NCBI GenBank assembly: GCA_000002435.2 | Contig: CM018791.1 | Origin: Giardia intestinalis | Lineage: Eukaryota | DNA: 64,000 nt | Direction: 5' to 3' (one strand) | Part shown: piece after piece, positions 43,809 through 54,476 of the stretch | How positions within the stretch are numbered: the stretch's first letter is position 1 | Layout: each line of letters starts with the position of its first letter | Made by a program: the position numbers and the translations under genes | The notes under the pieces: model-generated | Seen by the model: the letters and a program-made list of their open reading frames with translations, nothing else | What the model was told of the DNA's origin: nothing | The model's database searches: none

Positions 43809-44092
43809 GTGGTATCTGGTTTTATTTTTTGATTCAAAAAAAGGTTCTTTGCGGAGGTACAACTAGATCACACAAGCTGGCCCCAGATGCTCCGTCACAG
43901 TTCTGTAACCCACTGATGTAACTTCTATGAAGAAATCCAAAGTACTGATGGGTGGAACATAAGAAGATGGCAGTCCTTTTACGTTCGTGCCCTCCACACT
44001 GCTGTGATACGAGCGATCCACCCGCTGACAGGGCTTGTCAACTTGACCATGTACAGCCTGACAGTGGAAATTCTAACTGAATCAATGAAACA

Positions 44093-46513
44093 ATGAAAAA
44101 ACTGGACCCCAGATTACTAGGCACCTCATCTAATGTTAATGAAAGGTGGTCAGGAAGTTCGTCTAGGCGGAGTGAGCTAGCTGCAGCCCGGAAGAGACTC
44201 ATAAATTTAAGTAACTACTATGGGACGTTGGAAACGCATAGCCACTCCTCATCTAAGTCTGAGGATCTTCTGGAGTCACTAGCCAACCTCTGCAGCGGTG
44301 ATAACGTAAATAAAACATTCGCACAGCTGATATCTAATAAGCAGAAGTGCCTAGAGCTTAAAGAAGCGTCAATATACTTCCCCGTCTCAGAGATGCTTCA
44401 ATTAATTCATATAGAAAATACGCAGCATACTAGCAATGTCCGTAACGAAGCCCGGGAGCTGCTGAAGAAGCACTCTCCGCAGGACGTTATTCTTTCCTGC
44501 TGGACTGGCCTCCTGAATCTTCTCCTATCCAAAGAGCACACTCCCAGTGGATATCCAGAGCCAGCATTCGGCTCTAACTTCTCCACATACGTATCTGAGG
44601 ATCTCTGTGCAGCCGATCACGACTCCACAAACTTCTCGGATCAGTGCTTCGACGGCTGGACAGACTTGCTTCAAATTCTGGGAGAGGTCGACCAGATCTA
44701 TATTCGTATAGATATGCACGGCGAACCTGAATTGGCACAAAGCATACCAGGCCTGCCTACCGTCCTAGAAAACGTAGCGCTTACTCTCACGGACGTCCTC
44801 TGCACAAAGATCCAGGATCGTGATAATGAAATGCACTGTCTCCTCAATCTGATAGTATACGACATCTCGCTAAACTACTCTCCGATCCAGCACAACGGCA
44901 TCCTTCAGGGCATTCGGACTCTCTTGCTCATAGACTGCAGAAAGGACGAGGTAGACGACGACACGCACTACGATTTTTTCTCTTATCCAAACATAGAAAC
45001 CTTTGGTCTTCTTAACTCGACAATACCGCTGGCATTAGTCAAATGTCTTGAAGGCTCCACGCCGCCAATAGTAAGAGCAGGCGCGTCTTCGCAATACACG
45101 CAGACAGGGATCAAGCGCCTCTGGCTCAACGAGTCAATCATATGCGGAGATGTACGTTCCGATGAGGAGCCTCTCACACGAGCAAAATTAGCACTACACT
45201 ATCTGCTGACTTCTGTAACAAATCTCACCCTTTCCCGTCAACTGCGTGACTTGTGTCTACCGGCAGACCTTCCTCTGGAAGCCTACGAGTTCCTCCTTGA
45301 CCACGGTATATCGGGGATTCTTTTCATGAACCTCAGGAATCTGACTATACATAAGCTCAATCAGCCAGTAAGCCTTGCAACGTATATACCAGACCAGACG
45401 AAGGGGCGAGCTAATCTTGAAACCTTCTACGCTAGCCGCCTCCAATCGAATAACACAACCGTCGCGGAATTCTTGGCCAGCTCTAACCTTGAAGGATTGC
45501 TAATTGACCCCTACCCTGCTCTTACCTTTAATTCTGAGGAACAGAACAGGTACCAGGGGGCTCTTTCTTTGTTTGCACGCAAAGCAACGGCGTCGACTAT
45601 CCGTCAAGATGCTTGTTTCTCTTCTCAATCCATCCACCAACGATGCATAACCTCCGCTGCAGCGCGGTGCATTCCTAATACAGAGTTCTCTGCAGACGAG
45701 CTGATGATGCTCGACAGAAGGGTTCCGGCCAAGTGCGGCATACTGCTTTGCGGTGCATTAGAGACAGATGTAGCTCTTAGCATAGCGACTTCTTTGTCTT
45801 ATCTTCTAATTCCTTACGAGGCAGGCAAACTGGACTACTCTCCCACCTGTCGCCTGGTGACAGAAACACTGGTCAGACTACACGCCCTAAGTTTGCAATT
45901 CAGTAATGACTGTTATACTTGCAAATCACAGGTGTTATGTTACACTCCTTTTGCTCATGTAACACGAATAGTAGACCCAAATCACGAAAGACTGAAGCAC
46001 ATGCGTGCGATTCTTACGACTTATACATCAGGGACCCCTGGGCCCGAAATCGGAGATCCAGTCAATGAAGCTTTGGCAAATCTTTGCCTTGATACATTGG
46101 AACACTGTTTGAAATTTCGCGAAAGAGACGATCTGGATTTCAGCTGTAGAAGCCAGGGAACGGACTCTAAAACTGGCCCTACCATCACCCTTGTTGCCGG
46201 CTCGGGGAGTGTCCACACCATTGTTGCGCTTACCCTGGTCATCTTGCTAGAGATGGGCTTTGCAGGACCAATGTCCATTGACTTGCGTCCAGGCATCCTT
46301 CTCGCGAGTATGCGTAATTCACAAAACTATATTGAGAAGTATCTTTCCCAGATAGCGTTGTTTCCATTTATCAAAAAAATAGCTCTTCCGGCGGACGCCA
46401 CGATGCTTCGCTTGAACAACGCCTCTCGGAAGTTTGTGGTTTTTGATGAGGACAACAATGAAAAGCCTTTTGCAACGCAGGTCCATGGAGCTAGGCGGAT
46501 TTTCAAAAGGTAG
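44093..46513 (+). CDS. Hypothetical protein, 806 aa
   Basis: The ORF is uninterrupted with an ATG-proximal A-rich box (caatgaaacaATGaaaaaa). It has no recognisable domain. Confidence 0.55.
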   Translation: MKKLDPRLLGTSSNVNERWSGSSSRRSELAAARKRLINLSNYYGTLETHSHSSSKSEDLLESLANLCSGDNVNKTFAQLISNKQKCLELKEASIYFPVSEMLQLIHIENTQHTSNVRNEARELLKKHSPQDVILSCWTGLLNLLLSKEHTPSGYPEPAFGSNFSTYVSEDLCAADHDSTNFSDQCFDGWTDLLQILGEVDQIYIRIDMHGEPELAQSIPGLPTVLENVALTLTDVLCTKIQDRDNEMHCLLNLIVYDISLNYSPIQHNGILQGIRTLLLIDCRKDEVDDDTHYDFFSYPNIETFGLLNSTIPLALVKCLEGSTPPIVRAGASSQYTQTGIKRLWLNESIICGDVRSDEEPLTRAKLALHYLLTSVTNLTLSRQLRDLCLPADLPLEAYEFLLDHGISGILFMNLRNLTIHKLNQPVSLATYIPDQTKGRANLETFYASRLQSNNTTVAEFLASSNLEGLLIDPYPALTFNSEEQNRYQGALSLFARKATASTIRQDACFSSQSIHQRCITSAAARCIPNTEFSADELMMLDRRVPAKCGILLCGALETDVALSIATSLSYLLIPYEAGKLDYSPTCRLVTETLVRLHALSLQFSNDCYTCKSQVLCYTPFAHVTRIVDPNHERLKHMRAILTTYTSGTPGPEIGDPVNEALANLCLDTLEHCLKFRERDDLDFSCRSQGTDSKTGPTITLVAGSGSVHTIVALTLVILLEMGFAGPMSIDLRPGILLASMRNSQNYIEKYLSQIALFPFIKKIALPADATMLRLNNASRKFVVFDEDNNEKPFATQVHGARRIFKR

Positions 46514-46583
46514 CCGTGGTAATTGGTAAATGTTACCATTTAGCGAAATTTTGTGATACAAAATTAAAAGGTCGGCCGCGTCC

Positions 46584-49500
46584 ATGCACCCAGTCGGAAG
46601 CATGGATAAGGTGCACCATCTCAACTCGCGGATCATCACACTGACTGCGACTGTTGCGAGTCTGCAGACCGCAAATGGGCAATCTCAGCAAACAATCGAG
46701 AGACTCGGCCGTGAGCTGCAAGCGGCGCGCACGCAGATATCAGAGCTAAAGCACGAGTTACAAGAGAGTGAGGATTTGATGTACGCTGGGTCACGGACAT
46801 GCGAGAAACTCTCCAACGAAATCGCCCGCGTCCGCGGTGAAAACGCAAAGCTCCAAGATGAGTTAGCAGAAGCAAAACGGCAAGCCTCTGCAGCTCTCCA
46901 CGAGAAGTCCCAGAACGAGAATCTCCTTGCCAGTACTGTAATGCATCTTCATACAAAGCTTCAAGACGCCGAGAAAACCGAGGCTCTCCTTTCAAACTCA
47001 ATAGCATCTCTTCAATCTCAGCCGTCCGCTCAATTACAACAGGCACAGGCCCTTTTTGAAAAATGCTGCGTGCTAGAAGGAGAAAACACTAGACTGAAGG
47101 ATGTAATTCATCGTTATGAAGCTACCGCGCAGGAACTGCAGACCCGGCTGTCCGTGCTGTCCAGCGACCACCTGAAGCTGGAGTTCGAGTACAAGACGGT
47201 CCAGAAACAGAGGGAGCTGCTTGCAGTAAACTTGAGGGAGCTGCAGTCCCGGGCCTTGCACCTGATGACAAAGGCCAGCGTCCTCGAGCTGGAGGCCCAG
47301 AGCAAGCAGCTACAGATGCAGGCGGACTCTGCAACCGAGATCAGCGTTACGCAGGACGGCCGGCGGCCCCTGAGCGCAGCTTCGGAGGGCGTGTTCGGGG
47401 CCCTGAGCCTCCACCCCGACGAGCCGAGCACAGACCTGCCACCGCGCGCAGGGTCGACCATCTCTGCCCCCCGGGGCGCGTCGCAACCCCTGCCAGCGTA
47501 CGAGGAGGAGAACAAGCGCCTGCAGGCAATCGTGGAGGACCTGTCTGCAAAGGTCTCCCAGCTCTCTGAGTGTAGTGCACAGGCGCAGAAGGCGCTGGCA
47601 GAAAGCACGCGGCTCCGGGAGGAGCTGAGGGAGAAGGACCTCCTCATCAGCGAGCTACGCAGCCAGTCCCCCGTTAGCGTGCAACACAACGCTCCAGTGA
47701 TCACAACAATTATTCCCACCGACCCAACGGAAGACCTGCATGTCCTCAACGAGAAGTACGTCATCGAAATCACAAACTTGAAGAGGACTCTGCGAGAAAA
47801 GGAGAACGAGGAGATCCTGCTTCGGCAGAGATCCGATCAGTTGGCGTCCGACCTCTCAGAGCTCCAGTCTAGGATGATGTCTCATCCATCCCAAACATCA
47901 GACCATCTTGTTGAGAAGATTGAGACCCTCAGCGCAGACAATGCAACGTTGCGGGCCGCGCTAGCTAAACTTGAAGAAGAGCAAGTATCTCTCGCCGCTG
48001 ACCGTGTGCGGCTCAAACGCCGTGTCAATGAGCTAGTAGCATATAGCAAGAAGATACGCGCGATCCTTCAGAGTGTGCACGGTAAGCTTATGTATGCCGG
48101 CTCTAAGGGGTACCTGTACCGAGAGGAGATCGATGCATTGGTGATGGAGATATCTGGGGCATTTATGGATAAAGTTAGTCTTCAAGAAGCCACTTTAACT
48201 GCCAGTGAAGCTAACACTCCCACGCTCTCGGGGGTGTCACAGCGACGAGGATCTATTGTGAATGCAAACCAATCTCCTCCAAGAATACCACCTCGTAGTG
48301 AAAAGTCACGCAAGCCATCTGCCTCCGAGCGTGAAGACTGTGGTCCATCAATTACGGACTCATTGGCGGAACCGATGATTCTCCAGCCGGTGGTTCCTAG
48401 ATCCCTTGGTCGGAGCACCGGGCCTCGAAAGAGGGAGTCTGAGGAAGAAAGTCGCGTAACTCCGCGGCCAGGAAACTCCCTTGCAGAGTCTAGTTACAAG
48501 CGCATCACATCATCTGTTGAGAAGCGTGCACACACTTCATATGTGCGGCGACCCAATGAGTTTGAGGAATACTATGGGAAGAGTGGTCCTATAGAGCCTC
48601 TAGGTTCTGCTTCTGGCCGCAGATTTGAAAGCCCTGCCCTACGGTCCGCTTCCTCATTCTCTGCGCTTCCCGATAGAAACTCCTCTAAGGCAAGCAACAC
48701 TACACTAGGCTCAGTCTCTCTCTTCCTGGCCCAGAAGACCGAATCTCCGGTGTGCATCCAGCAGCACCCTCCGAAGCAGAAGACTCCAGAACGAAGCATG
48801 TCTTCAAACGATTTAGCGACTTCCATCGGACGGCGCAAACCACTCATCTCTGTTGAGTCCCCAGACCTTGAGCTTCAGTGCGAAGACCCGAAGAAAGCCG
48901 TTGTGGAGGTTCATGATCCTGTCCACGATGTGCAGTTAGAAGAACCTGATCAGAGAATATCTGAAAATTATCTGCAGGACGTAGACGATGATGGTTATGT
49001 AAGTAGGGTTGATAGCTACACCGGCCCCACAAACGAGAGCATGGAGCTGGAAGACTTTAACGATGAAAACGTTACCGAAGGCTCAACCATTATTCCTGAT
49101 TCAACAAATAGTGGCGAGCTAGACATCTCTTTGGCGCATGCCATATCCGTGGCCTCAAATCCATCCTATGCAGTCCAGAATGCTACTCTTGGCTCCTATT
49201 TCGAAGAGGAACCGCATGTGGATGAGCATATGCAAAATATCACTGCGAATAGGACCCCAGAGTCCCTCGCACACCACCGACAACAGGCACGAGAAGCGGG
49301 AGAGCTAGTTGGGAGCTTAACCCTCAGCAGATTTGAGGGTGGTACCCCTGTCCGCCCTACTAATGCAACCACTCTTGCAGCAGAAACAATGATCGATAAA
49401 GATATTAACCAATCCAGTGTTAGCATGGCACATGTTAGTCTAGAGCAGAGTCTTACCGAGAGCGGCTTGGCACGGCCACAGATCAGTGTTCCCGATGACA

Positions 49501-50384
49501 GCAGCGACACCTTTGACTTTGGAAAGCTAGGAGTACAGGGGCTACTGGTCCCAGAGCAGGCCAAGACGTCTCCGCTGCGGAAACGAGCAGTTGCGAGGCA
49601 GAGCTTAGCTCAGGAAAGCGAGCACGGCGCTTTTACAAATCAAAGTATCTCCCAGCAGCCTGCAATAGCGTCTGGGTCTCTTTGCAGCGCTAATGATATA
49701 AATAGATTGTCTCCTCCCAGGGCATCTCCTAGTTCTTTTGCACAAAGGCCTCCCCCATCTGGAAGAATTGCGAACGGCTCCTCGCATGATCTGCCCAATC
49801 CGGTGTCATATGAAAGGTCTGCACCCATGACTGACGTGGATCTCAACTATTATTCGGATAGCTACTCTGTACAAGGCCAAGGACTCGGGGAGCCTCATCC
49901 CAGTAGTCAGCAGCGCAGTCTGCAACCATCTGGTCGCAAGATCATCCCGCCCGATGACACCTTGAACGAATTTATCGACAGTCCAGAGATCACTATAAAG
50001 CCCTCCACAGCCCCGCGACTCGACGACATGCAGGATCTCGACCCAGACTCGCACTACCTTCTGGAGGAGAAAAGCGTGCATCAAAAGACGCCAACTACAA
50101 GAAAGCTAGAGGCCTGGGAGATGGACTTTGTCGATGAAAAGAAGCCCGCCGGCAGGGTAGAGGGTGGGATGGCCGACTCTACTCTTGATTACTTGGCCAA
50201 CATGAGCGGAGCTGAAATGGATTTCTATGACAGCAAGCAGTTCGAGGGAGGAGCGTCACTGGAGCGGAGCGCGCAGGGAGGAGCCATGGGGGAGGGCCTG
50301 GCCAGTAGAAGCTTGAGCATAGGCGTCGGGAACGCAGTTAATGAGCCACTCTCCACCTTCAACGAGCTTGACATAGACCTGTAG
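46584..50384 (+). CDS. Large coiled-coil protein (1266 aa) with an N-terminal heptad coiled coil of about 560 aa and a Ser/Pro-rich disordered C-terminal half. This is the full-length parent of the IR2 duplicate.
   Basis: Long uninterrupted ORF with a coiled-coil N-terminal half. Confidence 0.7.
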   Translation: MHPVGSMDKVHHLNSRIITLTATVASLQTANGQSQQTIERLGRELQAARTQISELKHELQESEDLMYAGSRTCEKLSNEIARVRGENAKLQDELAEAKRQASAALHEKSQNENLLASTVMHLHTKLQDAEKTEALLSNSIASLQSQPSAQLQQAQALFEKCCVLEGENTRLKDVIHRYEATAQELQTRLSVLSSDHLKLEFEYKTVQKQRELLAVNLRELQSRALHLMTKASVLELEAQSKQLQMQADSATEISVTQDGRRPLSAASEGVFGALSLHPDEPSTDLPPRAGSTISAPRGASQPLPAYEEENKRLQAIVEDLSAKVSQLSECSAQAQKALAESTRLREELREKDLLISELRSQSPVSVQHNAPVITTIIPTDPTEDLHVLNEKYVIEITNLKRTLREKENEEILLRQRSDQLASDLSELQSRMMSHPSQTSDHLVEKIETLSADNATLRAALAKLEEEQVSLAADRVRLKRRVNELVAYSKKIRAILQSVHGKLMYAGSKGYLYREEIDALVMEISGAFMDKVSLQEATLTASEANTPTLSGVSQRRGSIVNANQSPPRIPPRSEKSRKPSASEREDCGPSITDSLAEPMILQPVVPRSLGRSTGPRKRESEEESRVTPRPGNSLAESSYKRITSSVEKRAHTSYVRRPNEFEEYYGKSGPIEPLGSASGRRFESPALRSASSFSALPDRNSSKASNTTLGSVSLFLAQKTESPVCIQQHPPKQKTPERSMSSNDLATSIGRRKPLISVESPDLELQCEDPKKAVVEVHDPVHDVQLEEPDQRISENYLQDVDDDGYVSRVDSYTGPTNESMELEDFNDENVTEGSTIIPDSTNSGELDISLAHAISVASNPSYAVQNATLGSYFEEEPHVDEHMQNITANRTPESLAHHRQQAREAGELVGSLTLSRFEGGTPVRPTNATTLAAETMIDKDINQSSVSMAHVSLEQSLTESGLARPQISVPDDSSDTFDFGKLGVQGLLVPEQAKTSPLRKRAVARQSLAQESEHGAFTNQSISQQPAIASGSLCSANDINRLSPPRASPSSFAQRPPPSGRIANGSSHDLPNPVSYERSAPMTDVDLNYYSDSYSVQGQGLGEPHPSSQQRSLQPSGRKIIPPDDTLNEFIDSPEITIKPSTAPRLDDMQDLDPDSHYLLEEKSVHQKTPTTRKLEAWEMDFVDEKKPAGRVEGGMADSTLDYLANMSGAEMDFYDSKQFEGGASLERSAQGGAMGEGLASRSLSIGVGNAVNEPLSTFNELDIDL

Positions 50385-50555
50385 CAACTGCGTCCGTGCC
50401 AAAATTAATTCTATGGCCGCCGCACCAGACCCCATCGCGTCTCCCCGCTATCTGAGTTCGACTGAACAGGCCATGCACTTGTTCAACGATTTGCAGCATA
50501 GCGTAGACGCACATCATCAGCTCATGCAAGCGGTTGAGCGTAAGAGCCTCAAAGA
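47128..50555. repeat. IR2 right arm
   Basis: Reverse-complement identity to 28089..31516. The outer junction lies inside the 192-aa ankyrin ORF after codon 48. Confidence 0.9.
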
Positions 50556-50991
50556 CATCCGCGCTCACTTAGACCAAGCAGGGACGCTTGACAAGGCCGG
50601 CTGGTCTGCGCTTGGCCTAGCAGCAAAGATGAGATATGATGAGGGAGTACGAGAGCTCGCCCCCCTTGAGAAGCAGCTCCACATGGATGTGAGACTCAAG
50701 ATGGGATCGATGACGGTTACTAGGCCTACCGCGCTCATTCTTGCTGCATACTACAATTACCAGTCCATTATAGAGATTCTTCTTGACTTTGAGTCTGGTG
50801 CTACGGACGGCGAGGGGCGTGTCGCCCTTGTGCACGCCAGTGCCATGGGTAACCTTGAGGCCGTTAAGCTCTTGGCTCCGCGTGAGGGCGATCTGTACGC
50901 CGAGGACGCCCTCAAGGTCTGCTGCTCTGAAGCAAAAAGTTCTCCACATAAATCCAAAATAGAGGAGTTACTTAGATCGTACATAATGTAA
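50413..50991 (+). CDS. Small ankyrin-repeat protein, 192 aa
   Basis: Ankyrin consensus residues are present, and gccaaaattaattctATGG is the AT-rich initiator. The first 48 codons lie inside the IR2 arm, and a truncated 49-codon copy exists at about 28103..28246 (-). Confidence 0.6.
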   Translation: MAAAPDPIASPRYLSSTEQAMHLFNDLQHSVDAHHQLMQAVERKSLKDIRAHLDQAGTLDKAGWSALGLAAKMRYDEGVRELAPLEKQLHMDVRLKMGSMTVTRPTALILAAYYNYQSIIEILLDFESGATDGEGRVALVHASAMGNLEAVKLLAPREGDLYAEDALKVCCSEAKSSPHKSKIEELLRSYIM

Positions 50992-51039
50992 TGTAAATTT
51001 ACAATCGCATTACGAGCCATTGATGTAGTGGATTTGCAC

Positions 51040-53360
51040 CTAATCTATGCGACGACCTCGACTCTTCTCGGCAAGCACGCTGTGGTAGATGCTCTTCTTT
51101 TCCTGGAGCTGCTCAAGAGTCGCCTTGAGTATTCTATTTTCGCTTCTGACTTTCTTATACCCTTCCATTATGGAGCGCCGTGCCTCTACACCAAACTGGT
51201 CACGCATTATTAGAGAGTTTTCGAGCTGAAACCGAGCTAGGAAATCTAGGATCTCGTCCAAGGGATAATCGTTGGCATAGAACTGCCGCAAACTAGCTAA
51301 AAGCTGATACAATGCCTGGAGTTTTTTCTCGTCTGATAGGGGCTCGTCTCGGCCTATGGCTTTTCTCAACAAAGCCTTACAATCGTTGGCAAAGTGCTCC
51401 AGTTTCGTCCGGCTCCGTAACACTTTCGGATGGAAGATGTATCGTAGCAGTGTGATGGCTGTGATGTCTATATTTATGTCGTCCTCCATAAAACGTTCGA
51501 GAGAAAGCGGGTAATCTGACGCAAGAACATGGAGGCTTCCGTTTTCTGACTTCAGTGGGGCTGCTTCAGACTCGCGCTTCAGAGGGAAATGGCTACTAGC
51601 AGAAGGATCGATACCGGAAACAGCAGATGTTCCGACTCCCAGCGATGCTGATGCAACCTCTGCAAGAGTGCGCTCAGACTGCTTAACCAATTCTGTCGTT
51701 GTGTAGATTATTGTGTTCGAATCTAACGTAGCAGAATCTATTTTACAACCGCAATCATAGCAGACAGGTTTTCCCGAGTAAAAGAGCTGAAGCTGGCCAG
51801 ACATCTCGCGGAGCCGCTTGTTTTGCTCTGCTGTAAGTAGCTGAAACTTGACTAGTGTATTTGCAAGGTTGTTCGTGTCCATCATAAGACTAACAAGGCG
51901 TTCCTTATACATCTCCGTCTCCTCGCTCCGTGCGCTTAACTCCTGCTTTGAGTCTCCAAGCATACGTTGCAGGCTACTGACAGACATCTGCATGCGCTTG
52001 TTCTCCGCCGCCAACTCCTCGTTACAGTTACGGACAACAGCGCACGAACAGGACCTTTGAACTTCTATGAGTTGGTCTCTGGCCAATGAGAGCTGGGTGG
52101 TCAGATCGTTGATGGTTTGCTGGCTCTCTTCTAAAAGGGCTCGTTGAACTTCTATCTCCTGTTTCAAAGACCCTTGTTTAGAGGTGACTTCCTTGAGGTT
52201 CCTTTCTGTGTCTGCAAGCTTTTGTTTATAGTAACCTAATTGACTTTCCAGACTGTGAATCATCGCGATATTTCCAGACTGGTCAGCTATCGCAGAGGAA
52301 TGGACAGTACTCGTGGTTTGACTGGACACAAAAGAATGCACGGCATCGCCTAAAATCTGAAGCTTAGCAGCTAAGTTATTTAGATTGAGCGGATCCGTAC
52401 GAATATCGTGGTCGATCTGGGTAAGTTGAGCAGGAAATGGCGAGCCTGTTGGGCAGGGCACCAAATCAGCCAGTCTACGTGCTGCCAGTGAAAGCGTGTC
52501 TGCACCTTCAGAGAATAGTCGCACTCGCTCACTAAGGGTCTTCAGCGTAGCGGAATACAAGCCAATGTCCGCTTCAAGCCCTCGTAGCTGCTTTTCCTTC
52601 AATCTCACAATTGCAACGGCAGTATCCTCATTTGTCTGCTGGTCCTTGAGAGCGTAGGGGCATATCTGTAAATGACTTTCCATATCAGAAAGCAGACCCT
52701 TGTAAATGCATCCTTCGGAGAGGAACGCGCAGTTGAATGTAAATCTATTACGTAGCTTTTGATACATCTCATGCTGATAGTTTGCAAATGTAACTTCTGC
52801 CGCGCAGAGGGAACACGTAGTAATGTAACGAGGTTCAGAGCGAGAAAGAGGACCCACAGAACAAGTTGTGCCCCGCTCCAAGCAGTTCCTGCATATGGTA
52901 TGGCCACATGGGTGCAAAACAACAGGCAAGAGCATCAGCTTCTCGCAAGCTGGGCATAGATAGTCCTCAAAGGAAGAAAGCTCTAATTGCCTCGAATCAT
53001 CGTCTATGTCTGTGACTCCCGCGTAGTTATCACAGAAGATGGTGAACTCACGAATGGTATTCCCGCTGGTATAGAGCTTTGCAGGTGGAAGAAGCTCAGT
53101 TAGCGGGGTGCTCCTTGTCAACACACCTTCCAAGACCCGGTAGAGGTGGACCTTGAAACGTATGTCTGTGTCTAATTGGGCCAGCGGTTGATTGTAGAGG
53201 GCTTCGTCGATTTGCTTGCACACATCTCCAAAGATGAGCTCAAGGACCCCAAGGGGGACTTGAAAAAGAGAACTGTAGTGTAGCAGAATGCTCTGTATTG
53301 AAGAAAGCGGAGAAACTGCGCCCGCAGGCGGGAGGGACGGCCTGTCGGCGCAAAGGGCCA
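51040..53360 (-). CDS. RING-finger plus TRAF-type zinc-finger protein with a long coiled coil (E3-ligase-like)
   Basis: RING motif CPACEKLMLLPVVLHPCGHTICRNCL. TRAF-type finger CSLCAAEV...FNCAF..GC..HLQICPY. The ORF-track start at 53412 is a TTG; the first ATG (MALCADRP) is at 53360. Confidence 0.7.
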
Positions 53361-53386
53361 TAATTTTAAAATGTTTATTGTGACAG

Positions 53387-53971
53387 CTAGGCCATGGACG
53401 ATATACTTGCAATGGACGAGAACGACGACGCCTCTATAACTGGCCCCAGAAACTCATAGAGCGACTTTATTGGTTCTGCGACAGACTTCTTCATCACGCG
53501 ATCTTTCAGCCATTGAGTTCTCCTGGCCGCTGCGGCTCCAAGCTTTTTCTGCAGATGCTCTCCTTGCTCCCTTCGAGATACCTTTTCCTGCACGGCTCGA
53601 AATATCAACTTGTCACGCATGTGCGCATAGTACCTGCTAATGTTGTTCTTCTTGTAGGCAAGCCTTGTATTGCGGATCAGAAGGGCATTCAGCTGACGAA
53701 GGGCAATCTCCTGGGCTAATTTGTGGCGCTGCTGGTGATCGGCAAGGACGGCGGCCGCTCGCTTGACGGTGACTCCGCACGACTCCAACTGCGCTCTAAT
53801 AGCCTTCGCAGTAGTAGCTGCCTTGGCCCTGCCATCAGCAGCACTGAGTTTCTGGGCCAGTTGCTCGTGGGTTAGGGTAACAGGTGCCATTACCAAACGA
53901 GCATAGAGGTTTTCCCTCAAGGGCAGACCGGGCCTGGTGCCTGTCTCTATCTCAAATGCTACTGCGCTCAT
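53387..53971 (-). CDS. Hypothetical basic alpha-helical protein (about 194 aa)
   Basis: The ORF at 53387..53992 has a second Met in the context gaaaataaaATG, which fits a Giardia initiator. Confidence 0.45.
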   Translation of the reverse strand: MSAVAFEIETGTRPGLPLRENLYARLVMAPVTLTHEQLAQKLSAADGRAKAATTAKAIRAQLESCGVTVKRAAAVLADHQQRHKLAQEIALRQLNALLIRNTRLAYKKNNISRYYAHMRDKLIFRAVQEKVSRREQGEHLQKKLGAAAARRTQWLKDRVMKKSVAEPIKSLYEFLGPVIEASSFSSIASISSMA

Positions 53972-54038
53972 TTTATTTTCCCTTCCTCGCATGCCTCTGC
54001 GTCTACTATGGGTGCGACCCTAATAAAAAACTCCCTCC

Positions 54039-54467
54039 ATGGATGCTAACGCCCACCCGGCTCTTCTGAAGAGGCAGCAAGTAAACGAGAATATCCTGCA
54101 GATGATGCAGGAGTTAACTGAGGCGCTTCTTCAGCAGAGGAATAGCTTTCTGCGGGAGCGGGAGGGGCTTGAGAACCGGATAGTGGCCCTGGAAACGGAA
54201 AACGAGGTGCTGAGGAAGAGCGTAGACACTCACCTTGTTGTCATAGATGATCTGAAGTTCGAGATAGAAACTCTTCGTGCCAAGCCGGTAGTAGCTCCAA
54301 CCCCGCCTACAAGGACTCCGCAGCGACCGCCCCTTCCACCCACAGATACTACTGCCCTTGCGAAGCAAGCAGTGGACGGCCTCAATGCCATGGAGTCGTC
54401 TCTGACGGCGGACCCGGAACTCGCCGCCCTGATCAAGGCCTACCGGTCCCGGAATAATATACAATGA
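54039..54467 (+). CDS. Hypothetical small coiled-coil protein with a Pro-rich segment, 142 aa
   Basis: Heptad-like LENRIVALETENEVLRKSV. The ATG is preceded by taataaaaaactccctcc. Confidence 0.5.
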   Translation: MDANAHPALLKRQQVNENILQMMQELTEALLQQRNSFLREREGLENRIVALETENEVLRKSVDTHLVVIDDLKFEIETLRAKPVVAPTPPTRTPQRPPLPPTDTTALAKQAVDGLNAMESSLTADPELAALIKAYRSRNNIQ

Positions 54468-54476
54468 AGTGCACAT

